Source of the DNA: Lachnospiraceae bacterium
GTDB taxonomy: Bacteria > Bacillota > Clostridia > Lachnospirales > Lachnospiraceae
Length of the DNA stretch: 50,385 bases
Direction of reading: 5' to 3'
Assembly: GCA_017479085.1 (NCBI GenBank)
Contig: JAFVCQ010000233.1
Span: 1-50,385 of the forward strand
How positions within the stretch are numbered: the stretch's first letter is position 1; every line of letters starts with the position of its first letter. A program made the position numbers and the translations under genes. Below are positions 33,658 to 43,362 of this stretch, one piece after another. The notes under the pieces were generated by a model, which ran no database searches, was not told where the DNA came from, and saw only the letters and a list, made by a program, of their open reading frames with translations.

Positions 33658-34872
33658 CTACAATACATCTGCCCCTCCTGTCTTTTTCCTGCTTATCCTT
33701 CCATGCATCACCATCATGACTGCCAGAATCCCACCGAGGTACACCGGCAAAATACCGGTTCCAAGCCACCTTGTAAGCAGACCGAACAGCGGAGGCATTA
33801 CCGATGTTCCGATATAGGCACTGGCCATCTGAATCCCGATCACCGCCTGTGACTGTTCCTTTCCAAAATGATCCGGTGTTGCGTGCAGCATACTCGGATA
33901 AATCGGTGCACAGCCAAGTCCAATCAAAACAAACCCGGCAAGCGATATTCCACCCCCAACAGGAAGCAGGACACATGCGATTCCAAAGAGTATGATGCAC
34001 TCTCCCAACCGTACCATCTGATCGTCCTTCAAACGGAATGTGATAAATCCACTGACCGCTCTCCCCAATGTAATGCCGACAAAAAACAGACTGGCAAACT
34101 TTGCAGCCGTAATCTCCGGCACACTGCGCTCCATTACCAGATAGCTGCTCGCCCATAGTCCGGTTGTCTGCTCCAACGCGCAATAGCAGAAAAAACAGAT
34201 CATGGTCTCTTTCGCTCCGGACAACCTCAGAATCCCGGCAATCGTAAGCGGCCTGTCCTCTGCTTTCTGTGATACCTGAGAATCAGAATCCTCACACCTG
34301 CCCTTACCCGGCTGCTGTTCCATTTTTTCCCTGTTCCAGAGTGAAAGACTCAGACACAGAATCAAAGCTAAGACAAACTGCATCAGAGAAATGGTTCGAT
34401 ACCCGGTATTCCACGTCTTTCCATTTGCTAAAACCATGCCCATGATATACGGGCCAATCGATGCACCAATCCCCCACATACAGTGCAGCCAGCTCATATG
34501 TCTGCTCTCATAGTGCAGTGCCACATAATTATTCAGGGCAGCATCCACACTACCCGCTCCCAGTCCATAGGGAATCGCCCACAGACAGAGCAGAACAAAA
34601 GAATGTGTGATGGAAAAACCCAGCATGGCCATTGCGGTCATCAGCACACTCACAAATGTCACCCACCCGGTTCCCCACCTTCGGATCAGACGGTCACTGC
34701 ACAGACTGGATATCACCGTACCCACTGCAGTGATCATGAAAATGATTCCGGAATATGACAATGGCACAACAAGCTCCTGATACATGACCGGCCATGCGGA
34801 CCCCAAAAGTGCATCCGGAAGTCCCAGACTGATAAAGGATAAATAGATAATAATCAGTAAAACAGGTATCAT
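33658..34872 (-). CDS. MFS transporter
   Basis: Start set at MIPVLLIIIYLSFISLGLPDALLGSAWP (SD AAGGAGGAG, 6-nt spacer). About 12 TM segments with a central hydrophilic loop. Confidence 0.85.
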   Translation of the reverse strand: MIPVLLIIIYLSFISLGLPDALLGSAWPVMYQELVVPLSYSGIIFMITAVGTVISSLCSDRLIRRWGTGWVTFVSVLMTAMAMLGFSITHSFVLLCLWAIPYGLGAGSVDAALNNYVALHYESRHMSWLHCMWGIGASIGPYIMGMVLANGKTWNTGYRTISLMQFVLALILCLSLSLWNREKMEQQPGKGRCEDSDSQVSQKAEDRPLTIAGILRLSGAKETMICFFCYCALEQTTGLWASSYLVMERSVPEITAAKFASLFFVGITLGRAVSGFITFRLKDDQMVRLGECIILFGIACVLLPVGGGISLAGFVLIGLGCAPIYPSMLHATPDHFGKEQSQAVIGIQMASAYIGTSVMPPLFGLLTRWLGTGILPVYLGGILAVMMVMHGRISRKKTGGADVL

Positions 34873-35056
34873 AGCGTTCTCCTCCTTCATACTGCAGACA
34901 AAGGGCAACTGTACAAAATATCCTTTGTCTGCTATAATTCTATAATGCAATTATAGCAGCATGAAGGGATTTCTGCTAGAATAATTCCCGCTGTTTTATA
35001 CAACAAAACCGTCAATTGTTATCATTCGGACATGAGACAGAAAGGAGATGTCAGAA

Positions 35057-35959
35057 ATGGCAATATCAGACTGTAACACGAACACAGACCATACCGGCAA
35101 AGAGCTTGTAGAGCATGGCACGACTGCATTTCCGGTTGCATGTTACCATGATAATTTTCGAGAGGGCAGCGTCCCGTGGCACTGGCACGATGAATTAGAA
35201 GCTGTCGTGGCCATCCGGGGAGATACGTTTGTAAAGACAAGCATCGGAACCATACGGGTGCCCGAGGGAGATGGTTTTTTCTTAAATACCGGAGTCCTCC
35301 ATGCATGTATTCCCATAGAAAGCAGCTCTGCCTGTGAATACCACTCTATTGTATTCCATGCAAGGTTGGTGGGAGGCAGCACAGACAGCGTGTTCTGGCA
35401 GAAATATCTGTCCCCGCTGCTCAAAGGCTGTACACATGCCCCACTTTTACTCACACAATCTGTCCCGTGGCAGAACAATTGTCTCTCTGCCATAGAAGCC
35501 GCCTGGACATTATGCCACAGGGAACCGGCCGGCTATGAATTTGAGATTCGGAATCAATTATCCCAGCTGATCTTCCTCCTTGCTCAGAATCTCGAGTTGT
35601 CTGAAGGCATGATGTCTAACACTGACCGCCGGAAGGAAGACCGAATCAAAACCATGATCGGATTCATACAGGAACACTACAAAGAAGACATCCGAACCAT
35701 TCACATAGCAGACAGCGTCGCCATAAGTGAGAGCGAATGTCTCCGTTGCTTTCAAAAGCTGATCGGCACAACTCCAAACCGGTATCTGAAGGAATACCGG
35801 CTCAGCCGTGCCGAGGAGCTGTTATCGACGACCGGACTGAAGATCACAGAGATCGGAGAACGCTGCGGTTTTCAGGAGATGAGTTATTTTGCCAAAGCAT
35901 TCCGCGAAAAATATGGGGTCACTCCGTCTGCATATCGCCGGGAAGAGAGCATACCGTGA
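35057..35959 (+). CDS. AraC-family transcriptional regulator (cupin-like sensor plus HTH_18)
   Basis: The C-terminus IADSVAISESECLRCFQKLIGTTPNRYLKEYRLSRAEELL..TGLKITEIGERCGFQEMSYFAKAFREKYGVTPSAYR is an AraC double HTH. It is divergent from the MFS gene. Confidence 0.9.
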   Translation: MAISDCNTNTDHTGKELVEHGTTAFPVACYHDNFREGSVPWHWHDELEAVVAIRGDTFVKTSIGTIRVPEGDGFFLNTGVLHACIPIESSSACEYHSIVFHARLVGGSTDSVFWQKYLSPLLKGCTHAPLLLTQSVPWQNNCLSAIEAAWTLCHREPAGYEFEIRNQLSQLIFLLAQNLELSEGMMSNTDRRKEDRIKTMIGFIQEHYKEDIRTIHIADSVAISESECLRCFQKLIGTTPNRYLKEYRLSRAEELLSTTGLKITEIGERCGFQEMSYFAKAFREKYGVTPSAYRREESIP

Positions 35960-35966
35960 CCGATGA

Positions 35967-36653
35967 TCATACATCCTGACCGGTCAATCGATAGCCTCTC
36001 CCAATCACTGTGTGAATCTGCGCTCCTGCCATACCCAGAGATTTTCTGAGATTTTTGATATGATTGTCGATCACCCTCTCATTTCCCTCATAGTCATATC
36101 CCCAGATTTTCAAGAGCAACTGCTCCCGACTGAATACCTGATCCGGCCGCTCCATAAAGGACTTCAGCAGAAGATACTCCTTCGTCGGCAGCTCCACCTC
36201 CTGACCATCTACGCACACAATCATGGAACAGGTATCGAGTGAAATTCTGCCACAGACAAGCGTATCTGAATATGCCATTTTTCCGGAACGCCGGAGCAGC
36301 GCCTTGCTCTTTGCAAACAGTTCCTCCACCATAAATGGTTTGATCACACAGTCATCTGCGCCCAGCTCATATCCGTACAGAATATTCTCTTTCGAATCCG
36401 GAGTGGTAAGGAAGATCACCGGACAGTCACTTCTCTTTCGAAGCTCTCTGCATATCTGGAATCCGGAATACTTGGGCAGTACCATATTCAGCAATACCAG
36501 GTCATAATCCTTTTCATAGATCTTTTCCATCCCCATTTTGCCATCCTCTGCGAGATCTATCCTGATCTCCCCATTTCCTTTCTTCATAAAATAATTCCAG
36601 ATCAATTCTCTCCCCTCACTGGTATCATCCACCAGCAATATCTGATGTGCCAT
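35967..36653 (-). CDS. OmpR-family response regulator
   Basis: Start at MAHQILLVDD (SD GGAGGG). Receiver motif DLVLLNMVLPKYSG. Winged helix ...REQLLLKIWGYDYEGNERVIDNHIKNLRKSL. Confidence 0.9.
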   Translation of the reverse strand: MAHQILLVDDTSEGRELIWNYFMKKGNGEIRIDLAEDGKMGMEKIYEKDYDLVLLNMVLPKYSGFQICRELRKRSDCPVIFLTTPDSKENILYGYELGADDCVIKPFMVEELFAKSKALLRRSGKMAYSDTLVCGRISLDTCSMIVCVDGQEVELPTKEYLLLKSFMERPDQVFSREQLLLKIWGYDYEGNERVIDNHIKNLRKSLGMAGAQIHTVIGRGYRLTGQDV

Positions 36654-37932
36654 TCTTCTTCCCTCCATCCAACTTATGTCCAAAATATACTGTCACTTCT
36701 GTTCCGACTCCACATTCACTCGATATGCTAAGAACCGCCTGATGATCATCCAAAATCTGTTTCGCAATCGAAAGTCCAAGTCCACTTCCACCCAACTCCC
36801 TCGAACGGGATTTGTTCACACAGTAAAACGGTTCCAGTATTTTATCTAAATCCTTTTCCGGAATACCAACACCTGTATCCTTCACGATCAGGGAATCCTC
36901 ATTCAAAAGCACCTTCACGCTTCCCTCTTTGCGATTATAACGAAATGCATTTGCGATCAGATTGGATACCGCTCTTTCCAATAACAACGGATCTCCGGAC
37001 ACATTTAATTCTCCCTCTACTTCAGATGTGATCCGCTTGTCATCCTGTTTCAAACAGACCTCACCCGATTTTTCACACATTTCTCTCAAATCGCAGGTCT
37101 CGTTCTTATGTTCACATCCATTCGAATACGCCCGCAATAAATCCTGAATCAGATTCTCCATTCGCAAAGCATTATCCCTGACAACCGAAATGGTTTCCAG
37201 ACATTCATCATAGTCCGGTATGTCATCCAGCTCCAGCACTTCTACATTCGATATGATTGCCGCTAACGGCGTCTTTAACTCATGTGCCGCTGTTGCTGAA
37301 AATCGTTTCTGTGCCTCAAACGAACCGTTGAGTCGCATCAGCATGTGGTTAAAGGAATTCGTCAGTTCTGCAATCTCATCCTTTGAATCCGGAATCGGCA
37401 GCAGGGTATCTAACGATTTCTCGTCAATCTCTGCAATATCCCGGCTGAGTTTTGCCACGGGCTGCAATCCTTTCCTGATTGCAAACCAGATTCCGGCCAG
37501 ACCGACTACAACCAAAGCTGTCATTAATATTAAAGATTTTACCAATACGACACGCACTATCTGACTCGCATTTGCTACCATAACATCTCCTGCGGCAGGA
37601 TCTATATTTTCCGTGTCATCATCCTCCACACCGTATTCTTCCATTCCTTGCAGATCAGAGTTACCTTCTCTCTCGACCCTGATCGGCATCGATTCCACAA
37701 TCATATTGATCCCATCTGTATCCTCTTCCAGGTCATGTGATTCTGTATCCGTCATCTCATCCGGCAATTGAACACCGGCCAACTGCATCTCATCCTCATC
37801 ATATTTTACAAAGGTAATCCACTCTCCTCTGGAAACCCATAAAACACCGATCGTGATACTTGCACAGATAATAACCATAATAATGGCTGACAACAGCATG
37901 ATCCTTGTCCGGATCGACAGTTTCCTAAACAT
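36625..37932 (-). CDS. Sensor histidine kinase (TM-HAMP-HisKA-HATPase)
   Basis: H-box FSATAAHELKTPLAAI, N-box LIANAFRYN, G-boxes DTGVGIP and GGSGLGLSIAK, and two TM segments. The ATG 37932 start overlaps the upstream response regulator stop. Confidence 0.9.
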   Translation of the reverse strand: MFRKLSIRTRIMLLSAIIMVIICASITIGVLWVSRGEWITFVKYDEDEMQLAGVQLPDEMTDTESHDLEEDTDGINMIVESMPIRVEREGNSDLQGMEEYGVEDDDTENIDPAAGDVMVANASQIVRVVLVKSLILMTALVVVGLAGIWFAIRKGLQPVAKLSRDIAEIDEKSLDTLLPIPDSKDEIAELTNSFNHMLMRLNGSFEAQKRFSATAAHELKTPLAAIISNVEVLELDDIPDYDECLETISVVRDNALRMENLIQDLLRAYSNGCEHKNETCDLREMCEKSGEVCLKQDDKRITSEVEGELNVSGDPLLLERAVSNLIANAFRYNRKEGSVKVLLNEDSLIVKDTGVGIPEKDLDKILEPFYCVNKSRSRELGGSGLGLSIAKQILDDHQAVLSISSECGVGTEVTVYFGHKLDGGKKNGTSDIAGG

Positions 37933-38575
37933 AGTAACCACTTCCCTTAACCGTTTTAATCGTATCCTCCGGCAGCTTTTTTCTAAGATTATTGATATGA
38001 ACCTTGACTGCAGCGGTCAGCTCATTCACTTCTTCATTCCACACATGCTCGATCAGCTCTTCACTGCTGACCGGACATCCCCGGTGCAGAGCCAGATATT
38101 CCAGAATTCCAAACTCCTTTGCGGTAAGCGGAATCTCTTCCCCATGACAGAATACCTTTCGTTTGTCTGTATGCACTTCCAAATCTCCAATGCGGATCGC
38201 AGCAGGTGTACTGTCATAATCCCTTCGGATCAGCGCCCGCACCCTTGCCTCCACCTCCAGAAAATGAAACGGCTTACCGACATAATCATCTGCCCCCAGA
38301 TCCAGACCGGCAATCTTATCCTCAATTTCTGTCCGGGCAGAGAGGATCAAAACCCTCTGCCGTGCATTTTCCCTCCGTATCTCCTTCAAGACGTCCAATC
38401 CGTCCATGACAGGCAGATTCAGATCTAACAGCACTACATCATAGCTGGCACTGTAATAACGCTCCAGTGCCATTGCTCCATCCGCTGCACAGTCCACTGC
38501 ATACCCCATTTTTTGAAACCCTTTTTGCAAAGCCGTACAAATTCCTTTATCATCCTCCACGATCAACAGTCTCAT
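37925..38575 (-). CDS. OmpR-family response regulator (second copy in locus)
   Basis: MRLLIVEDD...DVVLLDLNLPVMDG...; the C-terminus LTAKEFGILEYLALHRG.PVSSEELIEHVWNEE is Trans_reg_C-like. Confidence 0.9.
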   Translation of the reverse strand: MRLLIVEDDKGICTALQKGFQKMGYAVDCAADGAMALERYYSASYDVVLLDLNLPVMDGLDVLKEIRRENARQRVLILSARTEIEDKIAGLDLGADDYVGKPFHFLEVEARVRALIRRDYDSTPAAIRIGDLEVHTDKRKVFCHGEEIPLTAKEFGILEYLALHRGCPVSSEELIEHVWNEEVNELTAAVKVHINNLRKKLPEDTIKTVKGSGYYV

Positions 38576-38593
38576 GGCACCATACTCCTAGCT

Positions 38594-38926
38594 CTATTTG
38601 TTTTTCAAAGTCAGCCGCCCCTCCGCTATCTGATAGATCTCATCCGCAAATGCAGCGACGTCTTTTGAATGTGTAACCATTATAACACATCGGTTTTCTT
38701 TATGTGCCAGTTTCAACAAAATATCGGAGGGATACAGATCCAGATCATCCTCAGTTGCCTCATAATACACCGAACCGTCAATGTAGGTCACCTGTCGATC
38801 TGCGGCCTGTCGTATCATGGCGCAGATTGTGATTATCATCATCGCTGCCAGCAGTATGAGAAAAACCAGAATGTTACGTCCCCTGTTTCGCACAAGGTTT
38901 TTCATTGCATTTTTGAAAATATACAT
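38594..38926 (-). pseudogene. Chimeric ABC-transporter remnant (FtsX-type permease N-terminus joined to ATPase C-terminus)
   Basis: MYIFKNAMKNLVRNRGRNILVFLILLAAMMI is a typical MacB/FtsX permease start. ...ILLKLAHKENRCVIMVTHSKDVAAFADEIYQIAEGRL is an ABC ATPase H-loop/C-terminus. Neither protein is complete. Confidence 0.65.
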
Positions 38927-39134
38927 GATAATTGCCCCTTTGCTCGATTAGTTTTCCATATCGGATGTGAGCATATTATCACATTCAAGGTTAAGATAAG
39001 GTAAATTTTTTGCAGCGGTTTCGAATCCATCGAAACCGCTGCAGATTTCCCAGAAATATGAGAGAAGTACCCGTGTCAACTCTCTCATGTTATAGACTAA
39101 AGAATGATCGTATTCTTCCATCAGGCCTGCTTTC

Positions 39135-40289
39135 TTATTGTGCCTGATATTCCACACCATTTACCACGATCAGATCAATGGCATCCGTATCTACCAGCCG
39201 GTTAAATGCAATTCGCACCTGCTCATCCAGTCCACCACACAAATATCCCGTGTTATTTATATAGTTCTCCTTATCATAGACCAGATAGCTTGTTCCATCT
39301 TTGTAGCGAATCTCAACCGATCTCAGATTGTCTACACTGCAATTCTCCGGCAGATCAGTACCCAGATCAATACTCATGTCAATTGCAGAGATTTCCAGTG
39401 ATCCTTCATTTGGGGCAGCATATGGATATACGTCCAATGGCTGCTTATCCGTAATGGAAATGGTTTCTTCCGTCGTATTGGTATCATATTCCTTTATCTC
39501 TTCTTCTGTCATGTCCCCGTCTCTCCATTGAAATGGAAAATGCCAAATCGTCAGTTCCGGAACGATCCGTTTTGAGGAATCTCCCCATGCAACCTGATAT
39601 ACGCAGCAATATAATTTATCTCTGGTGCTCTTCTCCAAGTCAATATAGGTTAGCTCACATCCTCCAAACTGAAAATATTCCGTCGACTCCTCCGAAAAAT
39701 ATGCTCCCTTTGACTGGTTCGTGGAATCGTCACCCACCAGCATCGTGACGCCCCCCTCCCGTTCCAGCGTATAATATATGACCGCACCATTTTTGTCATA
39801 GACCACTGACTGGATTGTGAGCGTATGATCCCCAATCTGTTTTACAATGGGTGTATCCATAATCCTGTCTTCTAACACTTGATCCGCCTTCTCCGGATCC
39901 ACGGATACATATTCCATTGACGGAACCGTTACCATGACAGATCCCTCATTGCCTTCCACTTCCACTTCATGTACCGGTATATTCTTCTTGGTAGAATTCC
40001 CCCATAAGCTGTCAAAAATATCCCGATGATCGGCGGATACCGCATATACCGTTGTGGAACCAATTACACAAATCAATGCCAAAGCCGCTGCTGCTTTATA
40101 CATCTTCTTTCTGCTGCCTGTCCTCTTCCCCTTTTTCAAGTCCTCTAATAGCTTCTGCTTTTTTCTCTCATAATCGTCTGAAAAAATGTGTTTCCCCTCT
40201 AACGCATCAAATTCCTCTACACGAATCTCCATCCGCTCTGAATTCCAACACCGGTTTCCATCAAATAATTTTATACGCATACTGTTCAT
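39135..40289 (-). CDS. Anti-sigma-factor-like membrane protein (DUF4179-like), start uncertain
   Basis: It lies immediately downstream of, and overlaps, the ECF sigma gene. It has a single TM helix, AAAALALICVIGSTTVYAV, after a charged N-terminal segment, then a large extracytoplasmic domain. Confidence 0.6.
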   Translation of the reverse strand: MNSMRIKLFDGNRCWNSERMEIRVEEFDALEGKHIFSDDYERKKQKLLEDLKKGKRTGSRKKMYKAAAALALICVIGSTTVYAVSADHRDIFDSLWGNSTKKNIPVHEVEVEGNEGSVMVTVPSMEYVSVDPEKADQVLEDRIMDTPIVKQIGDHTLTIQSVVYDKNGAVIYYTLEREGGVTMLVGDDSTNQSKGAYFSEESTEYFQFGGCELTYIDLEKSTRDKLYCCVYQVAWGDSSKRIVPELTIWHFPFQWRDGDMTEEEIKEYDTNTTEETISITDKQPLDVYPYAAPNEGSLEISAIDMSIDLGTDLPENCSVDNLRSVEIRYKDGTSYLVYDKENYINNTGYLCGGLDEQVRIAFNRLVDTDAIDLIVVNGVEYQAQ

Positions 40290-40818
40290 CTCCTAACTTT
40301 TTTGCCAGCATATTCCTTGCCCGCTCATACCGTTTACGCACCAGATTCTCACTGATTTCCAGTACTGCCGCTGTCTCCCGCACCGAAAATTCATGCATGC
40401 ACCGATACATAAATACCTCGCGATACATCTGTGGTAAATATGCAAGAATCTGCTCTACCTCCTGTTCGCTTCCTACTTTTCTTAACATATCCTCTATGTC
40501 ATCTTTGTTATCAGGAAATGCAACATTCTCTTCCTGCTCCGCATTGACATGTGTTAGCTTTACCCGTTCCCTCTGATTTTTCCGATACTGGTCAATGGCA
40601 GTACTCTGAATCATCCGAATGACAAATCGTTTGGTCTGTTTTGAATCTACATCCTTTATCTTTGAAAGATTCTGAATCAGTTTTATAAATGCTTCTGATA
40701 CCACATCCTCGGCCTGCCATTCATCATGCAAAATAGAATATGCTACATCGTACATTTTGTGCTCATACCGTTCATAGAGCTTTGCTGCCTTATCATGGTC
40801 ACTCTGCCCACGTTTCAT
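40261..40818 (-). CDS. ECF-type sigma-70 family RNA polymerase sigma factor
   Basis: Region 2: AEDVVSEAFIKLIQNL. Region 4 HTH: VFMYRCMHEFSVRETAAVLEISENLVRKRYERARNML. Confidence 0.9.
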   Translation of the reverse strand: MKRGQSDHDKAAKLYERYEHKMYDVAYSILHDEWQAEDVVSEAFIKLIQNLSKIKDVDSKQTKRFVIRMIQSTAIDQYRKNQRERVKLTHVNAEQEENVAFPDNKDDIEDMLRKVGSEQEVEQILAYLPQMYREVFMYRCMHEFSVRETAAVLEISENLVRKRYERARNMLAKKLGDEQYAYKII

Positions 40819-41044
40819 GTTTTCACCCCTTTCGCTCGCTGTCTATCCTGACATCCGGTATACCGATCTTTTTTGAACGTTCTAATAATTATAACGAATC
40901 AGACAACAAAAATGTGACACTTTTCTTGCATTTTTCCTCCATCCACTATGATATATCAATCGGCAGCGCCTATAACTTCCTCATTGCTTCACCGCCTCTC
41001 CTCTGTATCGTAATTGCAATGTACATCCTGCTTCCATAAAAAAT

Positions 41045-41070
41045 AACCGGAGGCAAATTACCCTCCGGTT
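41045..41070 (-). terminator. Intrinsic terminator ending the AAA-ATPase-like transcription unit
   Basis: aaccggagg-N8-cctccggtt is a 9-bp stem. On the minus strand it is followed by TATTTTTTA. Confidence 0.65.
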
Positions 41071-41224
41071 ATCTCTTTCTTTAACGCAGTAATTGTATTC
41101 TCCGCTGCTTCAGGGGCCAAAAATATATCTTTTAAGTCCTTAATTTCACACAGATGTTCTTTCGCCTGTTGAAGACCAATCTCCATCATTTTATACCCTC
41201 TATCCCAGCCTTACCCGCTTCATT

Positions 41225-41470
41225 TTATTCCCGATACATACAGTAACCTTTACTTTGTTTTCCACCTCGAGTATATAATCCATGCTGATGCCAAAACTGC
41301 CATAACTCTGTACATGAAAGGATGCAATCTTTATCTTTCTTCATTGCCACAACAGCCAATTCTTCACTCATACCGGCTGACGAAGTATTCTTTCTGTTTG
41401 TCAAAAGATGAAACAGCAAACCTACACTTGACATTCCAGAGATATCACGAACAAATGTATCCATCTCCAC
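41225..41470 (-). CDS. Hypothetical 81-aa ORF (coding status uncertain)
   Basis: An ORF in operon position between the AAA-ATPase-like gene and the terminator. It is followed by an unlisted 43-aa ORF (41058..41189, MMEIGLQQAKEHLCEIKDLKD...). I recognise no motif. Confidence 0.25.
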   Translation of the reverse strand: MEMDTFVRDISGMSSVGLLFHLLTNRKNTSSAGMSEELAVVAMKKDKDCILSCTELWQFWHQHGLYTRGGKQSKGYCMYRE

Positions 41471-41489
41471 CTGCCCTTGCCCTAAACAT

Positions 41490-43199
41490 TCATTTTTTCG
41501 CTATCAGACACTTCTTGCCCTCAAAAGCAAATCCATATTTGAGTATTCTGTCCCCAGAAACTCCTTTTGCAATCAGATCTGCCGCATACTGCTTCTCTTC
41601 GATCTGTGAAAGGGCATTCTCAGCCGTATCCGCTAATTCCTTCTCCCCATCATAGTCATCAAACACCTTAAATTCCATGATGACTGCCACATCATTCACA
41701 TTCTTCGGCTCCATCACCACATCATAGCGTCCGAAGCCGCTTTCTCTGTTGGACTTCACCACATAATCCGCCGCCTTATCAACCAGAAGTCCCAGCACAA
41801 ATCCATGATAGAACTTCTCCGGCTCACTCTCATCCGATGGTTTCTTCCCCGCATCAAAATAACTGAAGGTATTCAGTGCCACCCTGTTCATGTAATGGTT
41901 CATTCCTCTGACGTCCCCGGCAAACATAGATTTCATAAAATCATTGAATGAATTATCTTTTTCAAACCATCCGGCGATCATCCCCTCAAACATCATACGA
42001 ACTTCCATATTCGTTAACGTCATAAGGTACTTTGGTCTTTTCCCACGTCTTTTATTTACCTCAAGATAAGACTCATGCGCAAGCACCTTAAGATATCCGC
42101 TTGCAAGCAGCAGACTCCACACTGCATTATGGTTTGTATCTAACTGGTTAAATATGATCTGCTCGTCAATCTCTGCCTCAATGCGTTCCCCATTAAGCAA
42201 GTTCTCGAAATCTTCCTTGATTCCCTTATCACCCTCTCTGATCACCTTACCGGCCAATCCGTTGCCACTGGTATTCGCCCAATAGGTGCCATACTCTCTT
42301 TTATCAAGATACATTGTTACCGACCACGGATTATAGATATCCGTAACCGTTCCAAATGTAAAGCCGTCATACCAGTACTTTACCTCTTCCTTTTCGCTAT
42401 CTGGTACTCCCTGTGTATCCATGGCAGCAAATACCTCTTCTTCGGTAAAGCCAAATGAAGTGGCATATTCATTGGATGTAGTGGCAACTACATTCAGATT
42501 ATTCAGGTCAGAAAAGACGGATTCCTTGCTCACCCTTGTAATCCCCGTCATAATACCTCGCTCCATAGATGGATTAGTCTTGAATGTATTATTAAAAAGT
42601 GCTCTTGTGTATGTGACAAGCTCATCCCAAAATCCCTTAATATACGCCTCCTGCAAAGGAGTGTCATACTCATCCAGAATGATGATACATTTCTTTCCGT
42701 AATAATTACACAGCCATTCGCAAAGATAATTCAATGAAATCGCTGCTGTCGGATCATTCATCCGTGCATTCACTCTGTCCCAATATTCTCTGTCTGAATC
42801 CGTAAATATCTCTGTATCCTTTAACCACGAGTACTGCTTATAAATCTTTGCGATCAACTCATTGATACTCTCCCTCGTCTTTTCATAAGTATTCTGCTTG
42901 ATCCCTGCAAATGACAAAAAGATCACGGGATATGTTCCCTGAAGCTTTTGAAATTTCTCATCTTTCCATATATCAAGTCCCTCAAACAGATCACTCCTTC
43001 CCTCATACTTATTGGAGAAGAAATAATCGAGCATACTCAGGTTGAGGGTCTTACCGAACCGGCGTGGACGGGTGATCAGAGTCACATCATCATAGCTTTC
43101 CCACCACTCCTTAATGAATAATGTCTTGTCAATATAGAAAAGCCCATTCTCTCTTATTTTCGCAAAATCCTGTATTCCCACCGCAACCTCTCTTGCCAT
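41490..43199 (-). CDS. AAA-ATPase-like protein (PF09820-type) with complete PDDEXK_9 nuclease domain
   Basis: Start set at MAREVAVGIQDFAKIRENGLFYIDKTLFIKEW...LITRPRRFGKTLNLSMLDYFF, with ILDEYD. The C-terminus SNRESGFGRYDVVMEP...AVIMEFKV...ILKYGFAFEGKKC carries the D...E.K core. Confidence 0.85.
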   Translation of the reverse strand: MAREVAVGIQDFAKIRENGLFYIDKTLFIKEWWESYDDVTLITRPRRFGKTLNLSMLDYFFSNKYEGRSDLFEGLDIWKDEKFQKLQGTYPVIFLSFAGIKQNTYEKTRESINELIAKIYKQYSWLKDTEIFTDSDREYWDRVNARMNDPTAAISLNYLCEWLCNYYGKKCIIILDEYDTPLQEAYIKGFWDELVTYTRALFNNTFKTNPSMERGIMTGITRVSKESVFSDLNNLNVVATTSNEYATSFGFTEEEVFAAMDTQGVPDSEKEEVKYWYDGFTFGTVTDIYNPWSVTMYLDKREYGTYWANTSGNGLAGKVIREGDKGIKEDFENLLNGERIEAEIDEQIIFNQLDTNHNAVWSLLLASGYLKVLAHESYLEVNKRRGKRPKYLMTLTNMEVRMMFEGMIAGWFEKDNSFNDFMKSMFAGDVRGMNHYMNRVALNTFSYFDAGKKPSDESEPEKFYHGFVLGLLVDKAADYVVKSNRESGFGRYDVVMEPKNVNDVAVIMEFKVFDDYDGEKELADTAENALSQIEEKQYAADLIAKGVSGDRILKYGFAFEGKKCLIAKK

Positions 43200-43362
43200 G
43201 CTGTACCTCCATCTATACTCGCAAACGCAATTGTTTTCCAAATAAACATTTACATCGTGGTATATACCGTTAACCTAACCATTTGCTGCCTGCAAATGCT
43301 AAGGAACTGCTAAAATAAATATCAGCAATAAATAATACCAGTAAGAGTGTTATCTTTCCTGT

